Origin: a virus
Lineage: Duplodnaviria > Caudoviricetes
Strand: one strand, 5' to 3'
DNA length: 64,000 nucleotides
Virus record (IMG/VR): IMGVR_UViG_3300025018_000093
Shown: positions 45,118 to 55,206 of the stretch, one piece after another
How positions within the stretch are numbered: position 1 is the stretch's first letter
Layout: the number at the start of each line of letters is the position of its first letter
Notes under the pieces: model-generated
The model's database searches: none
What the model was told of the DNA's origin: nothing
Seen by the model: only the letters and a program-made list of their open reading frames with translations
Made by a program: the position numbers and the translations under genes

Positions 45118-48009
45118 ATGGCCGCTGTCATCCAGAGTGCAATTACCGCAAAGCCAACCATCAATGGTGCCAGCCGGAACGATCTCCGCGCGGGCGATCT
45201 TGTGACGTTGGCCGCTTTCGATCTGTCCCACACTACGTACAGCTGGACGTTGGCGGATACCCCAGAGACCAAGGAGGGGACTCCATCTTCTGCGGTACTC
45301 TCTACGACAACAGGTACTGGTCCCATTACGTTCACTGTGGACAACGAGGGTTCGTACTTGATCCGGTTGATCGTGGATGCCGGACTTGGTACTGAGGACA
45401 CTCAGTTTGTTTGCCTACGCTACCTGACTGTCTTCGGTGACCTCCAGCTAGCGGCAGCCGGGGAACGTCGTGATGAGACGGGGAGCATTCCCGTGGATGC
45501 GGCTCCCGAGGGTTGGGCACGAAATCAGAACATCAACCTTCTTCGCATCCTAGCCTATGTGCAGAGAGTATCCACGAGTGGGCGGACGATCACCGTCGAT
45601 GCTAATCGAGGGTTGGATCACCTCAATCCTGTGGATGATCCCACCATCGCAGAGGGATTTGCGGATTACAGCACCATCTCGGCGGCCATTTCTGCTGCCT
45701 TGTCCATGTCTCCAGCCCCGAGCCTAAATGATCCTGTGGTCATCCAGGTGTTTCCAGGGTATTACGTGGAGAATGTGGACTTCTTCTCGCATGTGCATGT
45801 AGTTGGCGTGTCCAACCACGCAACGGATTCCAGAGACCGTTCCGTGGTTATCCGGACAGCGAGCGTGTCTCCGATGCACAGCGCACATGTGACAGGTGCA
45901 GGGCAGTTCTGCTTGCTCTCCAACCTTACCTTGGAGAACGTGGGGGCCACGAGCGATCCTGTGCTGAGCAAGATCGGGTCCGGTACCCTATATCTGCATC
46001 GCTGCACCATTCTCCAGAATGGGAATGATCCCGCGCAAGGTCCTGCCTACAGCCATGACGGTGGGTGGGTCATTGGCAATGGGTGCACGGTGCAGTCCAA
46101 CGTGACTGCCGATGGTCAGCGTCTGGCACTTCGACAAAACACAACCTCCACAGATATGCTGTGGATTGACAGTGATTTCACGGGACCAAGTGCTATCGCT
46201 ATCGGCGCCTCGAATCTCCCGCTCATGAACGCGGAGTTTCGGGGGTGCCGAATGGACTCCACGTTTGTCTCTTCCAGTTCCTGGGCAGTCCAGTCCAATG
46301 CAGAGCTTCTCGTTCTGGACCGCTGTGACGTGAACATCTCTGGAGGTCTCAGCACAAAGGCTGTGGATATCCACCCCGATGCTGGAGTCCACGGGTCCAA
46401 TCTTGTGGTTGACGTGCGTTGGTGCCATGTGGTTGGTGACATCAACTTCAACACGACAGGAGTGGTAGGGGACACCCGGCTGCGCTTGGGTGCTTCGGAC
46501 TACAGTGCCGTAAACATTACGGGTGCCCTGACAGAGCAGACGGCAACTGTTGAGGGGACTAGTCTTTTCTATGACAATTCTGTTACCGGGATCACTCCCG
46601 AGAATGTGCAGGATGCTCTGGACCACATTTTTGCCGTCATCTCCAGCACTGGCATCGGAAGTTACGTCCTGACTCTGAGCACCGCCTACAATGGGATGGA
46701 CCCCCTCACAGCGTTGTCCGGAGCAGGGGATGGGCGAAGAATCTTAGCCGATTCCGGTGCTGTGATCATTCAGGCAGCCAATCCACCCCTTAGCTCTCCG
46801 CTTCTGGGGCAGACAGACGGATGGTTGCAGGTGGAGGGGAACGTACAGATCGGTGGCATCAATGCCCCAGAGCTAGACCTAGACCCCAATTCCTACGGGG
46901 TGGGACCGCAGATCCTTGGCGGTAGCCTGGTGTACCCCGACATTGCAGCTACTCCGCATCGGGCTATCCCCGCATTCATTATCCGAGCAAATGCCACGGG
47001 GTCGGCTCTCAACCACAGCTACAATCTCCTCTTGGAGTCCAAGACGGCATCCGATGCCTCGCGAGGAGAAATCGGTCGTTTGCTTCTCCGTGGTGGTGAT
47101 AGTCTGAGCGGTGGTTCGGGAGCACCTCCGGACGCAGGGAGCATTTACCTTCAAGGAGGTTGTGGTCATGCAGCTACTGGGGACCCAGGTAATGTCTGGC
47201 TATCCCCGGGCCGCAACCTGCTTCTAGGGACGACCGGAAAAGTTTGGTTCACCAACCCCACGTCGGGGTCTAGCGCGACTCTGGATGCTTCAAGTGCATT
47301 TGTAGGCGGTGTGTCTGGTGACATCACCTTCTATGTTTCCGGGGTGGGGTTGGTCACCGCAAGTATCCTCAACGTAGACCTCCTGGCAACTGTGCAGACC
47401 AAGTTGAACGCACTTCCAGGTCTTTCCTGCGCTGTGGATGCGGCCAACGACCCTATTCAGATCACCACGTTAGCTGCGGGGAAAAACGCGGAGGTGTACT
47501 TCACCGAGGATAACCAAGGGGGAGCCCTCAACACGGCACTAGGAAACTTCAGTATCGGTGGAGGGTCCACTTTCGTTCCCGGTGGGTGGGCGGAAGAGGT
47601 TAGCATTGGGGCTACTGGAGCTTCAGAGCTGACTATCTTTGGGGACCTCATTGTCACGGGGTCGTTCAGTGCTGGTGGAAGTGGTGCTTTCTTCTTGAAC
47701 AGAAAGACCATCACGGTTGCGGATTCCCCCTACACTGTGCTGAACACAGACCACTATCTTGGGGTAAACACTACAGGCGGTGCTGTGGTCATCAACCTCC
47801 CAACAACACTACCAGGTTCTGGGGATGGTCGAGAGTTGTACATCAAAGACGAGGGCGGCAATGCGGCGGCCAATACCATCACCGTGCAAATCGCCGGGGG
47901 TGCTTTGATCGATGACGGGTCCGATCTTGTTCTCTCTGCGGACTGGGCTGGTGTGACGATGGTAGCAAATGGTCTGACAGGAGCTTCCACACGGTGGTAC
48001 GTTGTGTAA
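45118..48009 (+). CDS. Tail fibre/appendage protein with a probable beta-helix middle region
   Basis: 'ADYSTISAAISAA...IQVFPGYYVENV' is a typical beta-helix cap. Also 'NVQDALD' and a C-terminal 'INLPT...GDGRELYIKDEGGNAAANTITV' fibre-type repeat. Confidence 0.6.
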   Translation: MAAVIQSAITAKPTINGASRNDLRAGDLVTLAAFDLSHTTYSWTLADTPETKEGTPSSAVLSTTTGTGPITFTVDNEGSYLIRLIVDAGLGTEDTQFVCLRYLTVFGDLQLAAAGERRDETGSIPVDAAPEGWARNQNINLLRILAYVQRVSTSGRTITVDANRGLDHLNPVDDPTIAEGFADYSTISAAISAALSMSPAPSLNDPVVIQVFPGYYVENVDFFSHVHVVGVSNHATDSRDRSVVIRTASVSPMHSAHVTGAGQFCLLSNLTLENVGATSDPVLSKIGSGTLYLHRCTILQNGNDPAQGPAYSHDGGWVIGNGCTVQSNVTADGQRLALRQNTTSTDMLWIDSDFTGPSAIAIGASNLPLMNAEFRGCRMDSTFVSSSSWAVQSNAELLVLDRCDVNISGGLSTKAVDIHPDAGVHGSNLVVDVRWCHVVGDINFNTTGVVGDTRLRLGASDYSAVNITGALTEQTATVEGTSLFYDNSVTGITPENVQDALDHIFAVISSTGIGSYVLTLSTAYNGMDPLTALSGAGDGRRILADSGAVIIQAANPPLSSPLLGQTDGWLQVEGNVQIGGINAPELDLDPNSYGVGPQILGGSLVYPDIAATPHRAIPAFIIRANATGSALNHSYNLLLESKTASDASRGEIGRLLLRGGDSLSGGSGAPPDAGSIYLQGGCGHAATGDPGNVWLSPGRNLLLGTTGKVWFTNPTSGSSATLDASSAFVGGVSGDITFYVSGVGLVTASILNVDLLATVQTKLNALPGLSCAVDAANDPIQITTLAAGKNAEVYFTEDNQGGALNTALGNFSIGGGSTFVPGGWAEEVSIGATGASELTIFGDLIVTGSFSAGGSGAFFLNRKTITVADSPYTVLNTDHYLGVNTTGGAVVINLPTTLPGSGDGRELYIKDEGGNAAANTITVQIAGGALIDDGSDLVLSADWAGVTMVANGLTGASTRWYVV

Positions 48010-48036
48010 TGTGCATCCCGCCCACAGTGAGTCTCT

Positions 48037-51000
48037 ATGTCTATCTTCGATCCCAGTGAGTGTTATGAGCTGAGCGACTTTGGCTTTGGACCGTTTCCAG
48101 AGGCAGGAGCCACGGTAGTTGTTTATCCTCCGCATCCCACGGGTGCGGGGTACGGGGGATCCGCATATGGGTTCTTTCCGTATGGGAGTCGAAGCCAGTT
48201 CCTAGACCCCGCCACTATTGAGGGGGGCTACGGTGGAGACGCTTACGGGACAGCGGCATTCGGGTCAAAGACGCTCTTCCCGGCACCCCCCATTCCGGTC
48301 TTCGGCGGGTACGGGGGGAACCCCTACGGGTATGGACCGTATGGGTCCATTGAGCTGACACCACCCACGATCACAGGTGCCTTCAGCCTGGATGGGTTCC
48401 GCATTGAAGTCTTCTTCAGTGAGGAAATGGGGATAAACGGGGACCTGTTGGACCCCGCGTCCTACACGTTGTCCACTCTGGCCGGGGCAGCTCCGTCTAC
48501 GGTTCGGTCCGTGGTGGTTAGCGTCAAGGGGGTTGTGGGGGCGACTTCTGTCATTGTCACACACAGCGGCACAACGCTTGGGGGCGTGTATCGTTTGACT
48601 GTGGTTGGTCCCGTGGACCTCTCTGCGAATGCGATTGAGGACTTGGGGCTGAACACAGCAGACCTACTCACACTTGGCCACCCGCCGACGTTCACTGCAG
48701 TCCCGATCTCTGGTAGCCAGGTTGTCGTGCAATTCAGCCATGACATGTTGGCTGCGGGATACTTTCCTGGCATTGCGGACACTACCAACTATCAGTTCAC
48801 CCCGGAGCCGTCCTACCCAGTTACCCTAGCAGCCACGAATGTCACGCACCCCTACTTAGGGGATGCTGCACAGATCCTTTTGGACGTGCAGGGGATGACT
48901 TCTCTGCTGTATGAATTGAGCATTGAGCCCGCCGTCGCGTTCTACTATGACGGTTCCTACCTCCCAAGTATCTCTGAGGACTTCATTGGCACCGAGGTGG
49001 GAACAGGAACCTCCACGGTAGCGGGTGGGGCACTCTATCTGAGCAAGAGCAGCGGTGTAAGCTACGGGTGGAACTTTGAAGACTTGACGGGAAAGGTTGT
49101 TCCCGCAAGTTCCTTCCGGGTGGACTTCTCGTTTGACGTCTCTTCTGCGCAGTTTGTCCCTACCCTGTTTGATGCTGTGCTGGGTGCTCTCTACATCAAT
49201 GATGGTGGTGTGGAGGCGGTTCTTCTCATTGAGAAAGTTGCGGGTGAGGACGTCATCACAATTCAGAGCGGTGCTTACTCCGCTTCTGTTCGTGCCAACT
49301 GGAGCGCAGGTCCTTCTATCCTCACGCTAGTGCGCAACCAGTACGCGGACATCTACGCCTTCTTGTTCAACAACACCCCTCTGGCTTCCACGTCCACGGC
49401 CAACTACACGGGGTCTCCCACGATCCCTTCCGGGGTGCAATTCATCCTGGGAACAACCTACCAAGTCACAGGACTCAAGGTCGGCAAGTTCACCTTCACA
49501 GCTAGCCAAACCGTTTACTCGGCGGCGTGGAACTTCCTGCACGACCAGACGACTTCTTTCACGGGAAGCGATGCGCGGACGAAAAGCACGCTCCTGACAG
49601 AGAAGGGTCCTCTGGTGAAAGGATGGGGGGATGGCACTCCGGCGACTAAGCAGGATGTCATCGTCCGTCTCAATGGGGTCGCTGTAGAGGTTGCTTCCGT
49701 CAACCCCTACCTGGGTGAGGTTACGCTTGCGGTTCCCGTCCCCCTGATGCCCGTTGGGGCTCTCACGGTGGAGGTGGACTACGATTGGTTTCCTGTCCCT
49801 ACGATGGAGCTGGCTGGCCTCAACACTCCGGGACTGGTCCTGAACAAGTGGGACAACCCAAGAGGGCTTCTTAGCACTCCGATTGTGTCCGATGCACTGG
49901 GAGCCGTGGACAGCGATTCTCGATTCCCCATGCGCGTGGTGCTTGGTCCAATTGAGCGTCCACAACCTAAGCGTATTGGGCATCGCTATCTGGGGTTCGA
50001 GCTGGACTACTCCGCTCTCTTGAACAACCCCACAACGCTGCTCCTGAACCAGAACCCACACAGTATTGCAGTCGAGGACTTCGAGGATTCCCCAGAGGGT
50101 GTCTCCGTTGGCTACAGTGGACAGACGGCACCCTTGGAAGCGTCAACCCCCTGGAACTTGCAGGGAGTAGACTTGGGTGGTGTGCAGGATGACGGGGAAA
50201 CCTACAATCTGGTTGACGCCTCCTCGGGATCTTTTGGGGTTGGAACCGAGGGGTTCTACTATCAAGATGTGGACCTTACGTTCCCCTCTTCCGTTGTGCT
50301 TGCAGCTCGGTTCTTTGCGACGAGCTACGAAGCTGACGGCGTGTTTAGTGGACTTGCTTTTGGTGTCCACAACAATCGCCGTCTTTTCCTCGTAGGTTGT
50401 CTAAGCATCAATGGAGTACAGCACCTGGGGATGTTGAAGGACCTCGCGCTCCCGCACCTAGAAAAGTCCTGGGAGTTAGGTCCGAAGATCGAAGCTACGA
50501 TACTGGGTCCACTCCAGTGCAAGTTTTTGTCTGCGTCCTTTCCCACCTCCATTGAGAAGGGTGACAGGTTCCAGATTCTGTCTGGACCCCAGGCGGGGAC
50601 CTATCTCATTGATTCCTTCGTGGCACAGTCGGATGGCACCACCACGGTTACCGTGGACAGTACAAGTCCATTCCCGGAGAACCCCTACTACTGGGGGAAT
50701 GATAAGGCGGATGCTGTCTTCGAGGTACTCTGGGAGAACACTCCTTCGACGTACCGTTTGGTTGTGGACACCCAGAGTGGGGGAGCACAACTCTATGTCT
50801 CTGGTGAGATTAGCTCCCTAGCGATCACTTTGAACTCTTTGCCCGAGGTGGCGCTAGCTGCACAGACGACCTTTATGCTGGACACGTCTGGTGGGGGGCA
50901 AGTTTTCTGGGGGTCCCTGGGTCGCCTTCAAACGAACAGCAGTGTTTGGTCTTTTTTCCGTTATGGGGTGACCCCGCAGCAGACTACTTTCCACAGTCGT

Positions 51001-53541
51001 GGCATTGTCGTTTTCACAGACCTTGGGCAGACGCTTCCAGAGAACGATCCCAACACCGAGTGGTTCCGCACGCAGGACTTTGGGTATGCTATCCGGGACA
51101 CTCGCAATTTCCCTGGGACACTCCTCAAGTCTCTTTCCACTGATCCGAGTCTGGACGTCAGTTTCGGGTATGGGAGAGTGGAGCCCTTGCTCACTCTCAA
51201 TGACAATGTGGACTTCGAGGGAAAGTTTCGGGTGGAGTCCGGCACGCTTGGGTTTGGTGACGCACAGGTGTCCATCCAAGACACGCATCGAGAGGTGCGT
51301 CTTGGGACAGTGCTGTACCGTGAAGACGTCACGAAGACACCCTATCGCCAGCTAGTGATCCTGCCCTCAGCTTCGCTTACAGGGTTGCAAACACCCGAGG
51401 TGCTGGGGTGGGAGATTTCGACAGGAAACAACCTCTCCGCGTTTGCTCGTGGACAGCGGGTAACAACCACGCAGGCGCTTGGGACGTCTGGGACGTGGTA
51501 CACAGATGTTGATCTTGCGGGGATGAACTTCCCGGATGAGGGGAGTCGTATCCTGGAGTCCCGCTTTCGGGTTCTCTCCTACACGGTAAGTGGAACTGGA
51601 GACACGGGGATACTCTTTGGGGGGGAAGCTGGAGTTGGTGGAGGAGGGGGTCTAACGGGGAGGTTGGTTGCGCTGACGCTGTTGAATGACGGCAAGCCGG
51701 AGATTGCGCTTACCTCGAACGGGGCACCCCTCCAGACCTACGACTTCGAGTGGGATGATGAGGAGCTGCACACGTATCGCATTCTGGTGGATGGTATTGC
51801 GAGCACGGTGACCCTTGTCCTAGACGATATTGTTCAAACCCCCACGTTAGCCCTGTCCTCTTTTCAGAGCACCTCCCTGAACACCATGTTGTTCTTGGGG
51901 GCCTTCGGGACGGATACCGCTCACGTTGTGGAGTGGGATGCGCTTTCTTCTTCGGTGTGTCCACCCCAGGATGCGAAGAGGACCCTAGGCTTCTGGTTGG
52001 GGGGCGATACAGGGGACATCGATAACCTCAGACTCCCTAGGACAGATGGGACGAAGGCCTCGAATAGCACGAATCTGGCAACCCTCGTAGAGATGGACTG
52101 GCGGGACAGCATTGAGTTCCGAGTGCATCGCGATGCAAACTGGGGCGTCATCCTCCAGCGTCCTGATCTTCCCCTCCCACCGAATTACACGGAGACCTTT
52201 GTCACAGAGATCACGGAGCCCAGTGCAGGGTGGATTTCCGTGGAGTACGCGGAGCTTCCCATTCAGGGGGAGCTGTTCGGAAAGATCCTTTGGGGGTCCC
52301 TGGATGCGGGGTCTATCTCCCAGCAGAGATGGTTCACGACAAGCTATCGAATCTACAAGCACTTTAGCGATGACTACCGCTCGCCGCAGAATATGGTGCT
52401 TAACCGGGTCAATGTCATCACCAGTGGAGAGCCTCTGGTGGACACAACCCCAGAGCTGGTGGTGGTCACATCTCTATCTGCCACCCTCATTTCCTTGCGT
52501 CCGACGAACATCTTCGCGAATGCCATTTACCGGGTGCTGGAAGGGGATGACACCCTTATCCCTTATGGGACGTGGCGTTTTGATAGGGACAGCCAAACCA
52601 TCTTCCTGGACAACGCCCTTTCTGGGGAGAACGTCCCTGTCACAGTTGTGTTTGGTCCGGGGAAACCCTACACGGCAACCTATCTGGAAGCGCAACCGCT
52701 TCTTGATAGCATCACTCTCCTGAATGAAGGCACACCTCCTGTCCCGAAGCAGCAGCAGGAAGGTTCCATCCTAGTCCCTACGTCGGGATCTAGGGTGAAT
52801 GATCCGAATGATGTACTGAACACGGATACGGACTTCATACTGAATGATCCCTACACGTATCTTCGGGATGAGAGAGACGAAAATGCGCTTTACGCCGATA
52901 TGGACTTCTTCGAGGTCACTAACGGCGGTGAGGAGGGTCTTCTCTCCTCTCTTTGTGACGATACTTTCAGCGGCCACGGGCTACTGGAATTGGGCTTCTC
53001 TGGTGGACTCACCTTCCAGGAGACACTCAAGACGCCTATCGGGGATTACACCGGAATCTCGGGAGCTGGTCTCACTACCGGGATCGGGGTGGGGTATCCT
53101 CCTTCTTCGGTCAGTCCCAGCCCGTTTAGTATGGGCGGCACGTCCATTTTATTTGCAAGCGGTGGTGGCTTTCTCGGAGGTGCTGTTGGGACTTCCTTGG
53201 TGTACCCCAACTATCCATCCAGAGGTAGACCTGGAGAGGGTCTGGGTGGGATCAACCGGGGCGCCACATTCCACCTGAGCTTGACTTCTGTCTTTTCCGA
53301 CTTGGTTCTCGCTGTAGAGATTCCTTTGGAGGACAGTTTCGAGTCGGATGCGTGGACGGATGCCGCTTCTGCGACGATGGAGACGCCTGCAGAGTATACT
53401 CGTGCAGGACCCTGGGGGGGCCTACCCTCCCTGCTAGATGATTCTCTTGTGGCGGGCGGTGCTGCAATCATTTCAGGGGTGTTTGTTGCAGCCGGAGGGT
53501 ACCCGCTTTCACAATCCACCCTGGCAAGTGTATCTTTATAG
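48037..53541 (+). CDS. Large (1834 aa) putative virion appendage protein with Ig-like and beta-sandwich domains
   Basis: N-terminal GYGG repeats, an Ig-like 'PPTITGA...IEVFFSEEM' segment and beta-rich composition. Confidence 0.75.
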   Translation: MSIFDPSECYELSDFGFGPFPEAGATVVVYPPHPTGAGYGGSAYGFFPYGSRSQFLDPATIEGGYGGDAYGTAAFGSKTLFPAPPIPVFGGYGGNPYGYGPYGSIELTPPTITGAFSLDGFRIEVFFSEEMGINGDLLDPASYTLSTLAGAAPSTVRSVVVSVKGVVGATSVIVTHSGTTLGGVYRLTVVGPVDLSANAIEDLGLNTADLLTLGHPPTFTAVPISGSQVVVQFSHDMLAAGYFPGIADTTNYQFTPEPSYPVTLAATNVTHPYLGDAAQILLDVQGMTSLLYELSIEPAVAFYYDGSYLPSISEDFIGTEVGTGTSTVAGGALYLSKSSGVSYGWNFEDLTGKVVPASSFRVDFSFDVSSAQFVPTLFDAVLGALYINDGGVEAVLLIEKVAGEDVITIQSGAYSASVRANWSAGPSILTLVRNQYADIYAFLFNNTPLASTSTANYTGSPTIPSGVQFILGTTYQVTGLKVGKFTFTASQTVYSAAWNFLHDQTTSFTGSDARTKSTLLTEKGPLVKGWGDGTPATKQDVIVRLNGVAVEVASVNPYLGEVTLAVPVPLMPVGALTVEVDYDWFPVPTMELAGLNTPGLVLNKWDNPRGLLSTPIVSDALGAVDSDSRFPMRVVLGPIERPQPKRIGHRYLGFELDYSALLNNPTTLLLNQNPHSIAVEDFEDSPEGVSVGYSGQTAPLEASTPWNLQGVDLGGVQDDGETYNLVDASSGSFGVGTEGFYYQDVDLTFPSSVVLAARFFATSYEADGVFSGLAFGVHNNRRLFLVGCLSINGVQHLGMLKDLALPHLEKSWELGPKIEATILGPLQCKFLSASFPTSIEKGDRFQILSGPQAGTYLIDSFVAQSDGTTTVTVDSTSPFPENPYYWGNDKADAVFEVLWENTPSTYRLVVDTQSGGAQLYVSGEISSLAITLNSLPEVALAAQTTFMLDTSGGGQVFWGSLGRLQTNSSVWSFFRYGVTPQQTTFHSRGIVVFTDLGQTLPENDPNTEWFRTQDFGYAIRDTRNFPGTLLKSLSTDPSLDVSFGYGRVEPLLTLNDNVDFEGKFRVESGTLGFGDAQVSIQDTHREVRLGTVLYREDVTKTPYRQLVILPSASLTGLQTPEVLGWEISTGNNLSAFARGQRVTTTQALGTSGTWYTDVDLAGMNFPDEGSRILESRFRVLSYTVSGTGDTGILFGGEAGVGGGGGLTGRLVALTLLNDGKPEIALTSNGAPLQTYDFEWDDEELHTYRILVDGIASTVTLVLDDIVQTPTLALSSFQSTSLNTMLFLGAFGTDTAHVVEWDALSSSVCPPQDAKRTLGFWLGGDTGDIDNLRLPRTDGTKASNSTNLATLVEMDWRDSIEFRVHRDANWGVILQRPDLPLPPNYTETFVTEITEPSAGWISVEYAELPIQGELFGKILWGSLDAGSISQQRWFTTSYRIYKHFSDDYRSPQNMVLNRVNVITSGEPLVDTTPELVVVTSLSATLISLRPTNIFANAIYRVLEGDDTLIPYGTWRFDRDSQTIFLDNALSGENVPVTVVFGPGKPYTATYLEAQPLLDSITLLNEGTPPVPKQQQEGSILVPTSGSRVNDPNDVLNTDTDFILNDPYTYLRDERDENALYADMDFFEVTNGGEEGLLSSLCDDTFSGHGLLELGFSGGLTFQETLKTPIGDYTGISGAGLTTGIGVGYPPSSVSPSPFSMGGTSILFASGGGFLGGAVGTSLVYPNYPSRGRPGEGLGGINRGATFHLSLTSVFSDLVLAVEIPLEDSFESDAWTDAASATMETPAEYTRAGPWGGLPSLLDDSLVAGGAAIISGVFVAAGGYPLSQSTLASVSL

Positions 53542-53683
53542 GGTGGTGGTGACTGGTAGATGCTTTCTGCCAGTAGCAAGCCGCTTTTCGATCCTTGGGC
53601 GTGGCGGTACAGTGACATCCCCTGTTCACGTTAGCAAGCCTATCACGGCACCAAGGTAGACGTGCTCGGCTGGAGGAAACCGG

Positions 53684-54331
53684 ATGCTTCGGGGACAAAC
53701 ACACAAAGACAGGATGGCACGGGCCAGAACAGGGGTGAAGATGGGGCTGTCGCAAGCACTCACCGAAGCCCATGCAATCAGGCAGGCTCACGGTCGGTTC
53801 ATCTTTGATCTTCGAGACCTTTCCGGTCGGCCGTTGGCCTACTGGGAGCGCGACAACATCATCGTTTTGGATGCTGGTATCCAGGCGGCGAGGTTGTTCA
53901 AAGACCCCCTGGAACCCACACATGGCATCAACATGCTTGCTGTGGGGACAGGAGCTTCCGGAGCCCTTCTTTCTCCAGATGCCCCAGATCCCCGCCAACG
54001 TAGGTTGAATGCGGAGGTGGCTCGCAAAGGATTTTCTTCTTCGACCTTCCGGGACTCCGGGGGGACGGCGGTGGGCTATCCCACGAACATTGTGGATTAC
54101 ACAACGACGTTCGGGGAAGCGGAGGCAGTCGGGGCTTTGAATGAGATGGGGGTCATCTCCACGATTTCGGACAACCCCAGCACGAAGAATCCGAATCCGG
54201 ATGCCTTTCCGACCTACACGAACACGTTGGACATTTCCAACTACGACGTGCAGATCAACTATTTAACGTTTGGGGTCATTTCCAAGCCAAGCGCCTCAGT
54301 TCTCACAATCACATGGAGGTTGAGTTTCTGA
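53684..54331 (+). CDS. Tail collar/fibre-attachment-type structural protein
   Basis: 'DNIIVLDA...LAVGTGA...LNAEVARK...YTTTFGEAEAVGALNEMG...KPSASVLTITWRLSF' is a recognisable myophage pattern. GGAGG SD. Confidence 0.6.
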   Translation: MLRGQTHKDRMARARTGVKMGLSQALTEAHAIRQAHGRFIFDLRDLSGRPLAYWERDNIIVLDAGIQAARLFKDPLEPTHGINMLAVGTGASGALLSPDAPDPRQRRLNAEVARKGFSSSTFRDSGGTAVGYPTNIVDYTTTFGEAEAVGALNEMGVISTISDNPSTKNPNPDAFPTYTNTLDISNYDVQINYLTFGVISKPSASVLTITWRLSF

Positions 54332-55206
54332 TGCAGGCGCTGGTAGAGACCCTGAAAGTCTGCTCTGGTTGTGGGAAATCAAAGACCCCGCTTGAGTTTA
54401 CGAAAAAAAAGAGTAGCCCCGATGGGCTGGGGTCTTATTGCTTTGCGTGCCATCGTGCAAAGTGTCGAGAATACTACCTGGCAAACAAAGAAAAGATGAA
54501 CGCGGCTTCCAGGGAAAATTACCGGTACAACCGCGAACACTATCTGGAACTGAACAGGAAACGGTACGTGGAGAACCGGGATCAGTATCGAGCTACAAAC
54601 GATGCCTGGAACGCTCAGCATAAAGAGAAAATGGATGCCTACTACCGGGACCGCCTCAACGGCACGAGAGCGTGGGTACGGTCTCTGAAAGAGGGGTGTC
54701 TTTGCGTAGATTGCGGGGGGCTTTTCCCCCCAGAGGTCTTGGAGTACGACCACATCAAGGGTGTGAAGAGACATAACATCGCGAAGATGGCAAACCATAG
54801 CCGAAAGCAGATTCTCAAGGAGATCGCCAAGTGCGAATTGGTTTGCTGCAACTGCCACCGGATTCGTTCCCACCAGCGTCGGAAGCTCCCTTGGACTAAA
54901 AGATTGGTTTTGTATCGGGCTTGGATAGCGGAGATGAAAAAAAGTCCCTGTGCGGATTGTGGATTTGTGTCCCCCCCTGAAGCGATGGACTTTGACCATG
55001 TGCGTGGGGGAAAAATCCAGCAAGTCACCGATATGTGGTCCTGGGGTCGGGATAAAGTGCTAGCTGAGATCGCCAAGTGCGATCTTGTATGTGGTAACTG
55101 CCATCGTATCAGGACCGTTTCCCGGCAAGCGGATTCTTTTGACTTGTGCAGCACGACACCTGTGACAGCTTCCTCTGAGCCCCCAATTCACCGAGAGAAC
55201 GTCTGA
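54331..55206 (+). CDS. HNH homing-endonuclease-like protein with an N-terminal Zn finger and two tandem HNH domains
   Basis: 'KVCSGC...YCFAC', then 'CVDCG..EYDH...CELVCCNCHRIR' and 'CADCG..DFDH...CDLVCGNCHRIR'. The start at 54331 (TGATG) is preferred to 54313. Confidence 0.85.
   Translation: MQALVETLKVCSGCGKSKTPLEFTKKKSSPDGLGSYCFACHRAKCREYYLANKEKMNAASRENYRYNREHYLELNRKRYVENRDQYRATNDAWNAQHKEKMDAYYRDRLNGTRAWVRSLKEGCLCVDCGGLFPPEVLEYDHIKGVKRHNIAKMANHSRKQILKEIAKCELVCCNCHRIRSHQRRKLPWTKRLVLYRAWIAEMKKSPCADCGFVSPPEAMDFDHVRGGKIQQVTDMWSWGRDKVLAEIAKCDLVCGNCHRIRTVSRQADSFDLCSTTPVTASSEPPIHRENV

Noticed and set aside
53553-53573. 8-bp hairpin after the 1834-aa gene as a terminator
   Set aside because: CTGGTAGA/TCTGCCAG pairs, but no adjacent U-tract follows; too weak to call.
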